The notes under the pieces are model-generated. The model did no database searches. It saw only the letters and a list, made by a program, of their open reading frames with translations, and was not told the DNA's origin. This document shows, piece after piece, positions 1-10,176 of a stretch of DNA of 64,000 nt. The translations under genes were made by a program, and so were the position numbers. Source of the stretch: an uncultured Spirochaetota bacterium (GTDB taxonomy: Bacteria > Spirochaetota > Spirochaetia > SZUA-6 > Fen-1364); contig CAWAHW010000005.1 in the NCBI GenBank assembly GCA_963781885.1, positions 160,001 through 224,000 on the forward strand, in the 5' to 3' direction. Position 1 is the stretch's first letter. Every line of letters starts with the position of its first letter.

Positions 1-612
1 CACCTCCTCCTGCTTTCGAGCCGCGTCGATCTGGGTCTTGTTCGAGGAATCGACCTTCTTCTGTGCGGCGGCGACATCTGCCTGCCGCGCTTCCAGCACG
101 GGGGCGTACTGCGCGCGCAATGCCTCAAGTCCATCACTCTCCTGTGCTTGGAGCTTTTTGACGGCCGCAGCTACGCTCGGCGCGGAAACGTCCTGAGCGT
201 TCAGAACGGCGATCTGGCCCGCAATGTCGCTGGAGAGGGCCTCGCTCTTTGTCGCCAACTCTTGCTGCGCGTCCGCGAGCGACCTTTTCGCCTTGTCCAG
301 GTCGTTTTCGTTGTTTGCGGCGGAGTTCAATAGGTCCTTCAGATTAATGTCTTGAAAATCGGTGATGTCGACAGAGACCCTGCGGCTTTGGCTCTGAACG
401 AGAAACGTGAGAAGTACCGTCACCCCCGCGGCCACGATGACGAAGCATAGTATGAAAAAAGCCGTCCGAAAGCTGCGATTGGCTTTTGTCCGGGCAAACT
501 CCTCTTCCAGCTCGTACAGCTTTGGCTTTTCCGCGCGTATGCGGTTGGCCTCTTGGAGGAAAACCTCTTTGGCGCTCTCTGAGATATCTCTTACTTGCTT
601 TTCATCGTCCAT
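1..612 (-). CDS. Membrane-anchored coiled-coil hypothetical protein (partial, runs off the window start)
   Basis: Hand translation from ATG 612 (or 624) gives MDDEKQVRDISESAKEVFLQE..., one TM segment (AFFILCFVIVAAGVTVLLTFLV), then A/Q/E/K-rich helices with no stop to base 1. Overlaps the cyclase stop. Absent from the ORF track, probably because it has no stop codon in the window. Confidence 0.75.
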   Translation of the reverse strand, partial: MDDEKQVRDISESAKEVFLQEANRIRAEKPKLYELEEEFARTKANRSFRTAFFILCFVIVAAGVTVLLTFLVQSQSRRVSVDITDFQDINLKDLLNSAANNENDLDKAKRSLADAQQELATKSEALSSDIAGQIAVLNAQDVSAPSVAAAVKKLQAQESDGLEALRAQYAPVLEARQADVAAAQKKVDSSNKTQIDAARKQEEV

Positions 613-2294
613 GTTCCGTTCCATTCCTTCGGGCTCCTTCCGCTTTTCGTGCGTTCTCTGAACACGGATGCCATGCTCAGGTTGCAGCGGATGAACCGCT
701 TGTAGGCTTCCGTCCAGTCGCCATCCACATAGAAGCGCAGGCCCCTTGAAAAAAAGTCGAGCGCTTTCTCCAACGCGGGGGTCGCGATATCCTCGGGGAT
801 CGCCCAATAGATCCACTTCCCCTCTGTTTTGCCCTTTACCTGGACACGGTCAATCTCGATGAACCGAATGCCGTGAGAGGAAAAATGCGCCTCGACATCG
901 TCCTTCACGAACCCGGAGCAGATGACGGGAACATTGCAGAGCCGGGTGAGCCCCTCCAGCCGGGAAGCCGCGTTGACGTTGTCTCCGATGACGGTATTGG
1001 TCATCCGCTCCTGCGAGCCGATATTCCCGTAGAACACGTCGCCGCCGTCAATGCCAACGCCGACCTTGAGGAGAACGGCGTTGTAGATTCGCTCTTCCTC
1101 ACTTGTGAGAGATCCCCGCTGCCGAAGGATCGTGTCTCGCCGCTCCTCCATCCGCACGCGAAGCTCCGCCGCGTTGTCCTGAATGAGGTAGGCCGAGGTG
1201 ATGGCCTGCAACGATTTTTTTGCTCGGGACTCGGGGAAAGTGCCGTAGACGGCGAGGACGGCGTCGCCGATCAGCGACCCGATGATCCCGTCGTTGCCGA
1301 CCACGGCGCTGATGGCCTGTTCGTAGTGGATGTTCAGTAGCTTGATAATGTCCGTGCCAAGGGTCTCCGTCATTGCGGTGAAACTCCTGATGTCGGAAAA
1401 GAGGATGGTAAGCTCCATCCGGGCGCCCTCCAGCCGTATCTGCTTCTCGCGGTACGCCTGGACGGCGATGTCCTTGCTCACGAACTTGCGGAAGATGGTG
1501 ACGAGATTGTTGACGGAGCTGGAGAGGGCGTTCAACGCGACGCCGAGAAACGTGATCTCGTCATTTGGCGCGTGCGCAAGATCGATTATCTCCATTTGCG
1601 AATCGTTGCGCATCTTCATGATGGCGTTGGTGATCAGACCAACGTATCGCAGGATGTACCGGATCAGTATAATTCCGATGGCGATGATAACCAGGGAGAT
1701 GAGGATGATGATGAGGGAGATCTTCAGGAAGATCTGTCGGGAGCTCTGGTAAAGCTGGCCCAACTCCTCCGCGCGCAGAATGAACATATCCCATTTCTCG
1801 TTGTATTTGTACACGCCGAAATAGGCGGAACCGGAAAACCCGAAAGAAAGAAACCCCTCCGCGGCGGAGCTTCTGTTCGCATCGAGCACCGCAAGGGCAT
1901 GAGCGTCGGGAAAACTCTTCAGCCGAGGAATCCGCAAGGCCTGGAACACGAGGTTTCCATCGGGCGCGATGCCGATCGTGATCGCCTTGGATGCCTTCAG
2001 ATCCCGCAGTGCATACTGTTCGATCGCGTCCGTTGATTTCGCAAGATCGTGCGTAAACTGGTAAATGTCAAACTGCGTCGATGCGAACGTATACGTCTCT
2101 TTGAGGTCCTTGACCAACAAGTCCTCGGTGAGCTTGATGAGCTCCGAGCGGTTGAACATGAGGTTGATGTAGTTGGTCATGAGATTGGAAACGAGGATGA
2201 AGATGCTGAAGATAAGAACGATCTTCGTCACAAGGGGCACGACCCTCGTCGACCCAATCTTCTTTCCCAGAAATCCTTCTAGCGGGCTTTCCAT
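591..2294 (-). CDS. Membrane-bound class III adenylate/guanylate cyclase (2 TM, extracytoplasmic sensor, HAMP-like linker)
   Basis: FSDIRSFT, IGDAVLA, GVGID-G-VFYGNIGS, VIGDNVNAASRLE and VKGK motifs; C-terminal TPR-like tail ending WNGTWTMKSK. Confidence 0.9.
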   Translation of the reverse strand: MESPLEGFLGKKIGSTRVVPLVTKIVLIFSIFILVSNLMTNYINLMFNRSELIKLTEDLLVKDLKETYTFASTQFDIYQFTHDLAKSTDAIEQYALRDLKASKAITIGIAPDGNLVFQALRIPRLKSFPDAHALAVLDANRSSAAEGFLSFGFSGSAYFGVYKYNEKWDMFILRAEELGQLYQSSRQIFLKISLIIILISLVIIAIGIILIRYILRYVGLITNAIMKMRNDSQMEIIDLAHAPNDEITFLGVALNALSSSVNNLVTIFRKFVSKDIAVQAYREKQIRLEGARMELTILFSDIRSFTAMTETLGTDIIKLLNIHYEQAISAVVGNDGIIGSLIGDAVLAVYGTFPESRAKKSLQAITSAYLIQDNAAELRVRMEERRDTILRQRGSLTSEEERIYNAVLLKVGVGIDGGDVFYGNIGSQERMTNTVIGDNVNAASRLEGLTRLCNVPVICSGFVKDDVEAHFSSHGIRFIEIDRVQVKGKTEGKWIYWAIPEDIATPALEKALDFFSRGLRFYVDGDWTEAYKRFIRCNLSMASVFRERTKSGRSPKEWNGTWTMKSK

Positions 2295-2432
2295 TCTGCC
2301 ATCCTTGCGAATTCAAAGAATATGAAACACACCCACGGCAGTCAAGAAAAGGCCAGGGCCCTATAAGGAAGAGACGCGAGAACCTTCTTGCCGGACAGCA
2401 CGCGCGGTCATTTGCGACAGGTCGCGTGCAGC

Positions 2433-3312
2433 TCACGATGCAAAGTGATCGTCCAGGGCTTGGTCATGGGCTTCGGTCAGAGCCTGCCGGACCAGGACCG
2501 GGACAAGCGCGGTCCTGTATTCCTTGGAAGCGCGCAGTGGATTGGAGCGCACGTGACATTCGGCCTGCACGAGCGTGGCGGCGTGCTCGATCGCATTGTC
2601 GTCGAGCGCGCGCCCGATCAAGAATCTCTCGGCATCCCGCGCACGGAAGGGCAGTGCGGCCACCGGGCCCAGCGCCAGCGTCACGGCACCGATCGTCGCA
2701 TCGGGGTCCAGCCGGAGCGTCGCCGCGCAGTTTAGAATCGGCAGGGTGAGCGACGGTCGCCTGCCCACGCGCCGCCACGCGCTGCCGGAACCCGACTGCG
2801 GCACGGCGAATCGAAGATGGGACACCATCTGTCGCGTCGGGTCGAGCACGGAGGTCTTCGCGCCCCTGTACAGCGATTCGACGGCGACCCATTCGGGCTC
2901 CGCCCGCATCGACCACGCGGGCCTCGGCCTCCAGCGCCACCGCGGCGACACCACCGTCGGCCGCCGGCATCGCCTGCGCGATGTTGCCCGCCCACGTGGC
3001 CATCGCCTGAATCGGCGCAGCGCCCACGCAGGCGGCCGCTTGCGCAAGGCATCGTGCGCGCACGAGGACAAGGGCGGAATCGCGCAGCATCGCGAAAGTG
3101 ACCGCGGCGCCGATCCGTATCCACTCTCCGTCGACATCGATTCGATCAAGGCCGTCGATGCGCGTGATGTCCACGAGTGTCTGCGCGTCGACCCTCCCGT
3201 CGCGCAGCGCCTGCATCAAGTCGGTGCCGCCCGCGATGATGCGCGCCCGGCCGCCATGCCGGGTCAGGATGTCGACGGCCTGCTTAACGGTGTCGGCAAA
3301 GAGATAATTCAT
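2433..3312 (-). CDS. Xanthine dehydrogenase/CoxM-family FAD-binding subunit (frameshift near 2900)
   Basis: MNYLFADTVKQAV..IIAGGTDLM, RIGAAVTF, ATWAGNI, PAADG in one frame; continues EWVAVESLYRG..LRASKEYR in the 2433..3149 frame. Confidence 0.85.
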
Positions 3313-6068
3313 CCCTCTGCCTTTTTGCGGCGAATCGCTTCGAGCACGCGCTCCCCCGTCGCCGGCAAACGGCGGACCCGGGCGCCGATGGCGCGTGAGA
3401 TGGCGTTGACCATGGCCGGAGCAGTCGGCAGCATCGCGGCTTCGCCGAGGCCCTTGGCGCCAAGCGGGCCGTAGCGGCTTGGCGTCTCCACCAGGTGCAC
3501 GCGGATTTTCGGCGCGGAGCCCGCGGTCGGGATCATGTAGGTACTGAAGCCGGAGCTGAGACCGGGGAGCAGCTCCTCCATCAGCACGCTTCCCATGCCC
3601 ATCACGACGCTGCCCTCGATCTGCCCCTCGGTATCGCGCCGATTGATGACGCGCCCGACGTCGTGCGCCGCGCTGACCGACAGGACGCGCGTCACCCCGG
3701 TCTCCCTGTCGACCTCGACCTGGGCGACCTGGACGCCTGTCAGGAACATTGGAAGATACGCGTCGACGCGCACGATGTCCGGAAAAAGGGCTCGGAGGTC
3801 CATGCAGCCCTCGACGCGGCGGGACACGTGATCGTTCTCCATCTTCCGTGCCACCGCGGTGAGCGAGACCGCGCCGTGTTCGCAGAGGATACTTTCGTCG
3901 TTCACCGACATACCGTCGGGCGACTGGCCGAGCATTTTTGCACCGATGGAGAGTATGGTGGCGCGCAGTTTCTTCGCGGCGTCCGCGACCGCGCCGCCGA
4001 CCCAGTAGGTGCTGCGCGACGCGCCGGTGACGTCGCCGTCGAGCGTGCTCGCCGTGTCGGCGTTGACGAGGCGCAGCGCTGCCCGCGATACGCCCAGCCG
4101 CTCTGACGCAAGCTGGGTAAATACCGTCTCGATCCCCTGCCCGTAGTCCGCGCTCGACGCGTAGATTGTGAATCGCCCGTCCAAGCCGAGCTCGACCTCT
4201 GCACGGCTCAGGGGGCGCCCGAACTTGCCGAAACGATACCACATTCCCGCCACGCCGACGCCGCGGCGGAAAGCAGGCGGCGCATGGGCGTTGAAAAGCT
4301 CCACGCTCTGTTTCGCCTCCCGGTAATCCGGTTCAATGGCTTCGAGCACCTTGCGGAAGTCGATTGTCTCAGCGGCGCGGTAGCCGAGGCCGGTGACATC
4401 GTCTTGCCCGAGGGCGTTGCGCAGGCGAAGATCCAGCGGGTCCATTCCGAGCCGCTCGCTCAGCTCGTCGAGCGTGCATTCCATCGCAAAGGCGGCCTGG
4501 GGTGTTCCGAACCCTCGGAACTGCCCGGCCTTGGGCCCGTTGCTGTAGATCGCGCGTGCGTGGGCCCGCACCGCCTGCCAGCGGTAGGGACCCACGCTCG
4601 TGATCAACGGCGTAATTGGGCAGGTAGCGTCCGGCCGAATCGTAGGCGCCCTTGTTGATGCGGGCCTCGAACTCCATCCCCACAAGGCTTCCGTCCTGCT
4701 TCGATCCTATGACACAGTGGCACGAGTAGGGATGGCGCTTGGGAGCCGCGTTCATGACCTCCCGGCGCGTATACGCGAGCTGCACCGGCGCGTGGACGTG
4801 GTACGCGGCGAGCGCCGCGGCGGCCAGCGGCCAGATGTCCTGCTTGCCGCCAAAGCTGCCCCCGATGGGCGGCGTCACGACGCGAACGCGCTCCAGCGGC
4901 AGACCAAGGATTTTCGCCAGGTGCGCGCGGTCCCAATGCGGCTCGTGGTTTGCCCCGATTGCCGTGATGCAGCCGGACTCATCGACATAGGCAACGACGG
5001 CCTCCCTTTCGAGCGCCATGTGCGCTTGAAAGCTTGTCGCGTAGTCGGCTTCGATCGTGACTTCGGCTTCCTGCCGCGCGCGCTCGCTGTCGCCCGTCTG
5101 GATCGAGTCCTCCGCCAGAAGGTTGCCCCCCCGGTGGATGGGCAGTGCATCCGGCTCGAGCGCGCGATCGATCCCGATCGTATGAGGCAGCACGGAGTAT
5201 TCGACGCGCACGGCTCTTTCGCCGTTCAGAGCCGCCTCTCGGGACGCACCGATCACGATCGCCACCGGATCGCCCAGCATGCGCACGGTGTCGCCGACGG
5301 AGGCAAGCAGATGCTCGTCGAGCGAGTAGTCGCTCAGGCCATTCTCCCCCGGTACGTCAGAGGCAGTGAGAACCCGTACGACGCCCGGTACCGCGAGAGC
5401 GGGTGAGATGTCGATGCTCACGACGCGCGCGTGAAAATGCGGGCTGCGAACCACGCGCGCATAGTGAAGGTCAGGCATCGAAATGTCTTCCGCGAAAAGC
5501 GCGGCGCCGTTCACGCGATCCCAGCCGCCATGGCGTTCGGCGCTGCCGCCGATGGCGGGCGAATCGCCAGCGCGTCCGCCCGGCACTCGATTCGCCGCGC
5601 ATCCACGCGGCCGCCAATTCCACCGCTTCGACGATCTTGATGTATCCAGTGCAACGACAGAGATTGCCGTCAAGTGCGGCGACGATTTCATTCGCGCGTG
5701 GGATCGGGCTTGCGGTCCAGGAGCGCCTTGGCGGAAAGCAGGGTACCCGGAGTGCAATAGCCGCACTGGACGGCGCCGGTTTCCAGGAATGCCTTCTGAA
5801 GCGGATGTGGATGGTCAGGCGTGCCGAGCCCTTCGATCGTCGTGACCGAGCGTCCCGCGATCTTCCCGACGGGCAGCAGGCACGAGCGTACCGCCTCCCC
5901 ATCGACGATCACGGTGCACGCGCCGCACTCGCCTTCCCTGTCGCATCCTTGTTTCGTGCCGGTCAGTCCGAGCTCTTCCCGCAGGACACGGAGGAGCGGG
6001 GTGGCCGGATCCGCGTTCACGCTCACCGCCCGGGCGTTCAGCACGAAGCCGATGCCACCGGATGGCAT
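3309..6068 (-). CDS. Xanthine-oxidase-family molybdopterin enzyme with fused N-terminal 2x[2Fe-2S] domain (frameshifts near 5695, 5570, 4605)
   Basis: TKQGCDREGECGACTV, QCGYCTPG and NLCRCTGY Fe-S motifs, then IGGSFGGKQ, FRGFGTPQ, GQG, ASRST and GAKGLGE Moco motifs across successive ORFs. Confidence 0.85.
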
Positions 6069-7499
6069 CTATTTCCCGCCGTTCTTCAGGATGTAGTCGA
6101 TCTCGGCGCTCACGGTGGGAGCGAGCGGCACGGGTTTGTGCCCGTCCATGAGGGCAATCGTCTTGTCGCGCAGGCGATCGCTCAGCCGTTTGGACCCGTC
6201 GGCGGCCCAGTCGGCGAAGCGGCGGCGATCGAAGATCTGCGGCTGCCAGAGCTCCTTGTAGTGGCTCAAGGCGTGGTCCGTGGTCAGGAAATCCCCGCCC
6301 GGCCCGACCTGCTGGATGACCTCGAGCGCCAGGGACTCGGCGTCGACTGAAACGCCGCCCATGAAGCGGCGCATCATCGAGATATTCTCCGCGCACAGCA
6401 CCATCATCTCCGGCGACGACATCATGCCGGCCTCCAGGTAGCCGATGTCGTGCGCCAGGTTCGTGCCGGCGAGCAGCGCGATCAGGACGGAGAACGCGGC
6501 ATCGGTCGCCGCCTGCTCGTCCAACGCGCAGCTGTCCGAGTGACCTGCATAGCCCCAGGTGGGCAGTCCGTAGTGGCGGCCCATTTCCATCACGCCCACG
6601 CGGGCAAGCTGGAACTCCGGCGCGCCGTACACGGAGATCATTGTCCGCATATCCATGTGATGCAGGCCCGACCCGAAAACGAACGGGGCCCCTGCGTGCT
6701 TGAGCTGGTGAATCACGAGGCCTGAGAGCACCTCCGCGTTGCCAAGGGCGAGCCCTCCCGCAATTGTCGCCGGCGCGGTTGCACCCATCATCGGGGCGGG
6801 GGAGTGAACGACGGGGAGCTGCAGCTCCGCCATGTAAAGCAGCTTGCCCACCGCCGTTTCCGAGTGGCGGAGCGGCGTGGAAGGCTCCGAATAGAGGACA
6901 AAGGTGGGATTGAGCCGGAGCTGCTCGATGCCCCCTGCCGCCGCGCTCGCCATGGCCACAATTGCCTCGGCGTCCGCCCTGTCGTTGCAGACGACGACGT
7001 GTGGCTTGGTCGTGTGCGTCAGCATCAGAGCGTATTGCCGGCGATAAGCGTTCACTGCGCCCATTTCCGAAGGAATGCCCATGGACATGCAGAAATCGAG
7101 CTCCGGGATGGCGTCGACCAGGCGCACGCAGTCGATCACGTCCGCGGCGGTGAATGGCCGCCGCTCGCCCGTGCGGGGGTCGAGATAGTTGGGACAGTCC
7201 GAACCCGTGCCGAAATGCACGCGTCTGCCTTCAAGCGGCGCCACGACCTCGGCGCTTCCTCGCCGGCACAGGGCGACGCGCGACGGCGCCTGCGCGAGCG
7301 CCCACTCGACGAGACCCGGGGGGAGCCGAACCAGATTGCCTTCTGAGATCAACGCGTCTGTTCCCTTCAGGAGCGCGAGCGCCTCCTCATGCAGGACGCG
7401 CACACCCGTGCGCCGCAGGATCTCGAGGGACGCGTTGTGAATCATCTCGCAGTGTTCATGGCTCAACATTGCAAGTTGCGGCAGAGCGGTGCTGTCCAT
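6069..7499 (-). CDS. Trimethylamine methyltransferase (MttB) superfamily protein, non-pyrrolysine type
   Basis: IHNASLEILRRTGV, GATAPATIAGGLALGNAEVLSG, HYGLP, DEQA, GYLEAGMMSSPE, VGPGGDFL. No in-frame TAG; His lies at the approximate Pyl position (GYAGHSDS). SD AGGAG before ATG 7499. Confidence 0.9.
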   Translation of the reverse strand: MDSTALPQLAMLSHEHCEMIHNASLEILRRTGVRVLHEEALALLKGTDALISEGNLVRLPPGLVEWALAQAPSRVALCRRGSAEVVAPLEGRRVHFGTGSDCPNYLDPRTGERRPFTAADVIDCVRLVDAIPELDFCMSMGIPSEMGAVNAYRRQYALMLTHTTKPHVVVCNDRADAEAIVAMASAAAGGIEQLRLNPTFVLYSEPSTPLRHSETAVGKLLYMAELQLPVVHSPAPMMGATAPATIAGGLALGNAEVLSGLVIHQLKHAGAPFVFGSGLHHMDMRTMISVYGAPEFQLARVGVMEMGRHYGLPTWGYAGHSDSCALDEQAATDAAFSVLIALLAGTNLAHDIGYLEAGMMSSPEMMVLCAENISMMRRFMGGVSVDAESLALEVIQQVGPGGDFLTTDHALSHYKELWQPQIFDRRRFADWAADGSKRLSDRLRDKTIALMDGHKPVPLAPTVSAEIDYILKNGGK

Positions 7500-7548
7500 G
7501 TGGATTCTCCTTGAATCTGGCTCGAAGATGGGCGGCGTACTCACCGAA

Positions 7549-7577
7549 AGCCTATCGCACGCGGTATGGCAAGTCAA
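7549..7577 (-). promoter_or_regulatory. Sigma70-type promoter for the mttB-Mo enzyme operon
   Basis: TTGACT-17nt-TAGGCT on the minus strand. Confidence 0.55.
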
Positions 7578-7636
7578 TGCCGGCCACAATATTCCGTGGC
7601 ATTTGCAGCCGCAGCGGGGCGGGCCGACATCGATCT

Positions 7637-7664
7637 TTGACATTTCGCTCGCCCATGCTATTCT
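7637..7664 (+). promoter_or_regulatory. Sigma70-type promoter for the ABC transporter operon
   Basis: TTGACA-16nt-TATTCT with extended TG. Confidence 0.6.
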
Positions 7665-7711
7665 CCCCGGCGCGAGTCGTTGAACACATTCAAGCGAGGA
7701 GCACTGACGGC

Positions 7712-8741
7712 ATGCCGGGGATTGCATTCCAGGCGATCACAAAACGATTCAACAACACCGTCAAACCCGCGGTGGATGACGTCACCTTCGCCGTACCGGA
7801 AGGCAGCACCTGCATGCTGGTGGGGAGGTCCGGCGCGGGCAAGACAACCCTTCTCAGGATGGTCAACCGCCTCATCGAGCCAACGTCAGGCAGGATCCTC
7901 GTTTCCGGCAGGAATGTGCTGGAGGAGAATCCGATCGAGCTGCGGACGGCACATCGGATACGTGATCCAGCAGGTGGGGCTCTTTCCCCACATGAATGTC
8001 GCGGAGAATATCCGCATCACCGCGGAGGTGGCAGGCGGGTGGTCGAGGGGACGCCTCGACGAGCGCGTGGACGAGCTGCTCGACCTGGTCGGTTTGCCGC
8101 CCGCCGAGTATCGCAGGAGGTTTCCCCGGGAGCTCTCCGGCGGGCAGCAGCAGCGTGTCGGGCTGGCGCGCGCCCTGACGACCGATCCGGCGATCCTTCT
8201 GATGGATGAGCCATTCGGAGCGCTGGACGCCATCACGCGCGCCCAGATGCAGGACGAGCTTCTGCGCATCCAGCGCGACGTGCGAAAGACGATCCTGTTT
8301 GTCACGCACGACATGGAAGAGGCGCTGAAGCTGGGTGACCTGATCGCCGTCATGCACCATGGGAAACTAATGCAGCTGGGTGCGCCGGTTGACCTCCTGA
8401 CGAGCCCTGCCGACGAAATCGTGGCGCGGCTGGTCGGGTCCGACGACATGCTGCGGGAGCTCCGCTACCTGACGGCGTCGTCCGCCGTGGATGCCGCCTT
8501 CCCGGGAAGCGCCGCTCTCGGCCAACGCCTTCCGAGCTGCCCTCCACATGCCAGCCTGCTCGACGCCATGCTGAAACTTTTTGAGACGCGCGCCCCGGCC
8601 CTTTTGATCGATGCCGTCGATGGCCTGCCTGCCGGTCATGTCACGCTGGGGAGCATCATCACCATACTCCAGAAGGGACGCTCGCGGGGGAACGAACCCG
8701 AATCAGCAACCCTCCCCGGTCGTTCCTCCGTCGGACCGTGA
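7712..8741 (+). CDS. Osmoprotectant (OpuCA/ProV-like) ABC ATPase (frameshift near 7945)
   Basis: GRSGAGKTTLLRMVNRLIEPTSG, IGYVIQQVGLFPHM, LSGGQQQRVGLARAL, LLMDEPFGALD; degenerate CBS-like tail. Confidence 0.88.
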
Positions 8742-8753
8742 GGAAGGCGCGCA

Positions 8754-9410
8754 ATGCACTACCTGTTCAGCCCATTCAATTACCGTCTTTCCGATCCGGC
8801 GAGCATACCGAATCTCACGCTCCAGCACCTGAGCATCGTCGGTATCGCCATGTTCTTCTCCATCATCATTGCGATTCCGATCGGCGTCCTTGTGTCGCGC
8901 TATCGGCGTGTTTATCTTCCGGTCATCACCGTGGCGGGGATGCTGTACAGCATCCCCGGCATTGCATTCGTCGCCGTGCTCATTGCCGTCACGGGGCTCA
9001 CGTTGAAGACGATCCTTGTGCCTCTCATCGCCTACAACCAGCTCGCATTGATTCGAAACACCGTTGCGAGCATCAACGGGATCGACCCGTCCCTGATCCA
9101 GGTCGGTCACGCTATCGGCATGAACCGCCGCCAGTTGATCGGGCGCGTGATCTTCCCCCTGGCCCTCCCGGTCATCGTGGCGGGCATCCGGATCGCCACC
9201 GTGACGACAATTGGAATCGCGTCCCTTGCGGGGTTCATCGGTCAGGGCGGCCTGGGGTCGCTCATCTTCATGAACATCACCGTGCGGGACTATGACGCGA
9301 TACTTGGCGGCGCCCTTCTGCTGGCAGCCCTCGCCGTCATCGCGGATCTCATCCTGCTCTCCCTGCAGGCGGCGCTCAATCGCGGGCGCGGCGCCCTGTC
9401 CGTCTCGTAG
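8754..9410 (+). CDS. Osmoprotectant ABC permease
   Basis: OpuCB/ProW pattern: IRNT..GIDP..AIGM, LALPVIVAGIRIA, GQGGLG. Confidence 0.9.
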   Translation: MHYLFSPFNYRLSDPASIPNLTLQHLSIVGIAMFFSIIIAIPIGVLVSRYRRVYLPVITVAGMLYSIPGIAFVAVLIAVTGLTLKTILVPLIAYNQLALIRNTVASINGIDPSLIQVGHAIGMNRRQLIGRVIFPLALPVIVAGIRIATVTTIGIASLAGFIGQGGLGSLIFMNITVRDYDAILGGALLLAALAVIADLILLSLQAALNRGRGALSVS

Positions 9411-9422
9411 GGGCCGCGTGGC

Positions 9423-10070
9423 ATGGATGCCTTGCTGAGATTCTATCTCAACCCCCGCAATGACCTTTCCGGGCAGACAGTCGCCTTTTTCGGGCTGTGC
9501 TTCGCGCCCATCGCAATCTCCATCGTGATCGGCGTCCTGATCGGCATCCTGGTCTATCGGAACGCCTTGCTCTCCTTCATCTCCGTCAATCTGAGCAACC
9601 TGATCCGCGCCGTGCCCGTGCTCGCCGCGCTGTTCATATTCGTGCCCATCTTCAAGGTGGGATTTCTTCCCGCCGCGATCGCGCTCACATTGCTCGGCAT
9701 CCCGCCGGTTCTTCTCAATACCTATGTCGGGCTTCGCGGTATCGACCCCGCGTCCATCGAAGCGGCGCGCGGCATGGGGATGACGAATCGACAGATCCTG
9801 ATCCGCGTGCAGGCCCCACTCGTGCTCCCGGTGATCGCGGCAGGGGTGCGCACCTGCGCGGTGCAGGTCGTGGCGACCGCCCCCTTGGGAGGTTTGATCG
9901 GCGCCGGCGGCTATGGCGAATATATCGTCGATGGCGTGAACCGGCTGGATACAGTGGAAATCCTTGCCGGATCGATCCTGGTTGCTGCGCTGGCGATGCT
10001 CATCGAGATCGTCATGGGCGTCGCGGAGCGGCGCTTGACTCCCCCGGGGATGCGGGCGGTGAAAGTGTGA
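9423..10070 (+). CDS. Osmoprotectant ABC permease
   Basis: EAA motif IEAARGMGMT, PVIAAGVR, GAGGYG. Confidence 0.9.
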   Translation: MDALLRFYLNPRNDLSGQTVAFFGLCFAPIAISIVIGVLIGILVYRNALLSFISVNLSNLIRAVPVLAALFIFVPIFKVGFLPAAIALTLLGIPPVLLNTYVGLRGIDPASIEAARGMGMTNRQILIRVQAPLVLPVIAAGVRTCAVQVVATAPLGGLIGAGGYGEYIVDGVNRLDTVEILAGSILVAALAMLIEIVMGVAERRLTPPGMRAVKV

Positions 10071-10176
10071 TCCGGATCCAAGAGGATTTGATATACTTTC
10101 GTTGAAGCCTGCCCGTCGGGGCAAGCGCTATCCCGGATGGCGCCGTCCTTGAGACGGCGATTTCAAAGGAGGAACC

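Noticed and set aside
3309-6068. Selenocysteine read-through at the TGA near 5688
   Set aside because: Homology continues in a different frame, so this is an indel rather than read-through.
6069-7499. Pyrrolysine recoding in mttB
   Set aside because: The ORF is open without an in-frame TAG, and no pyl genes are in the window.
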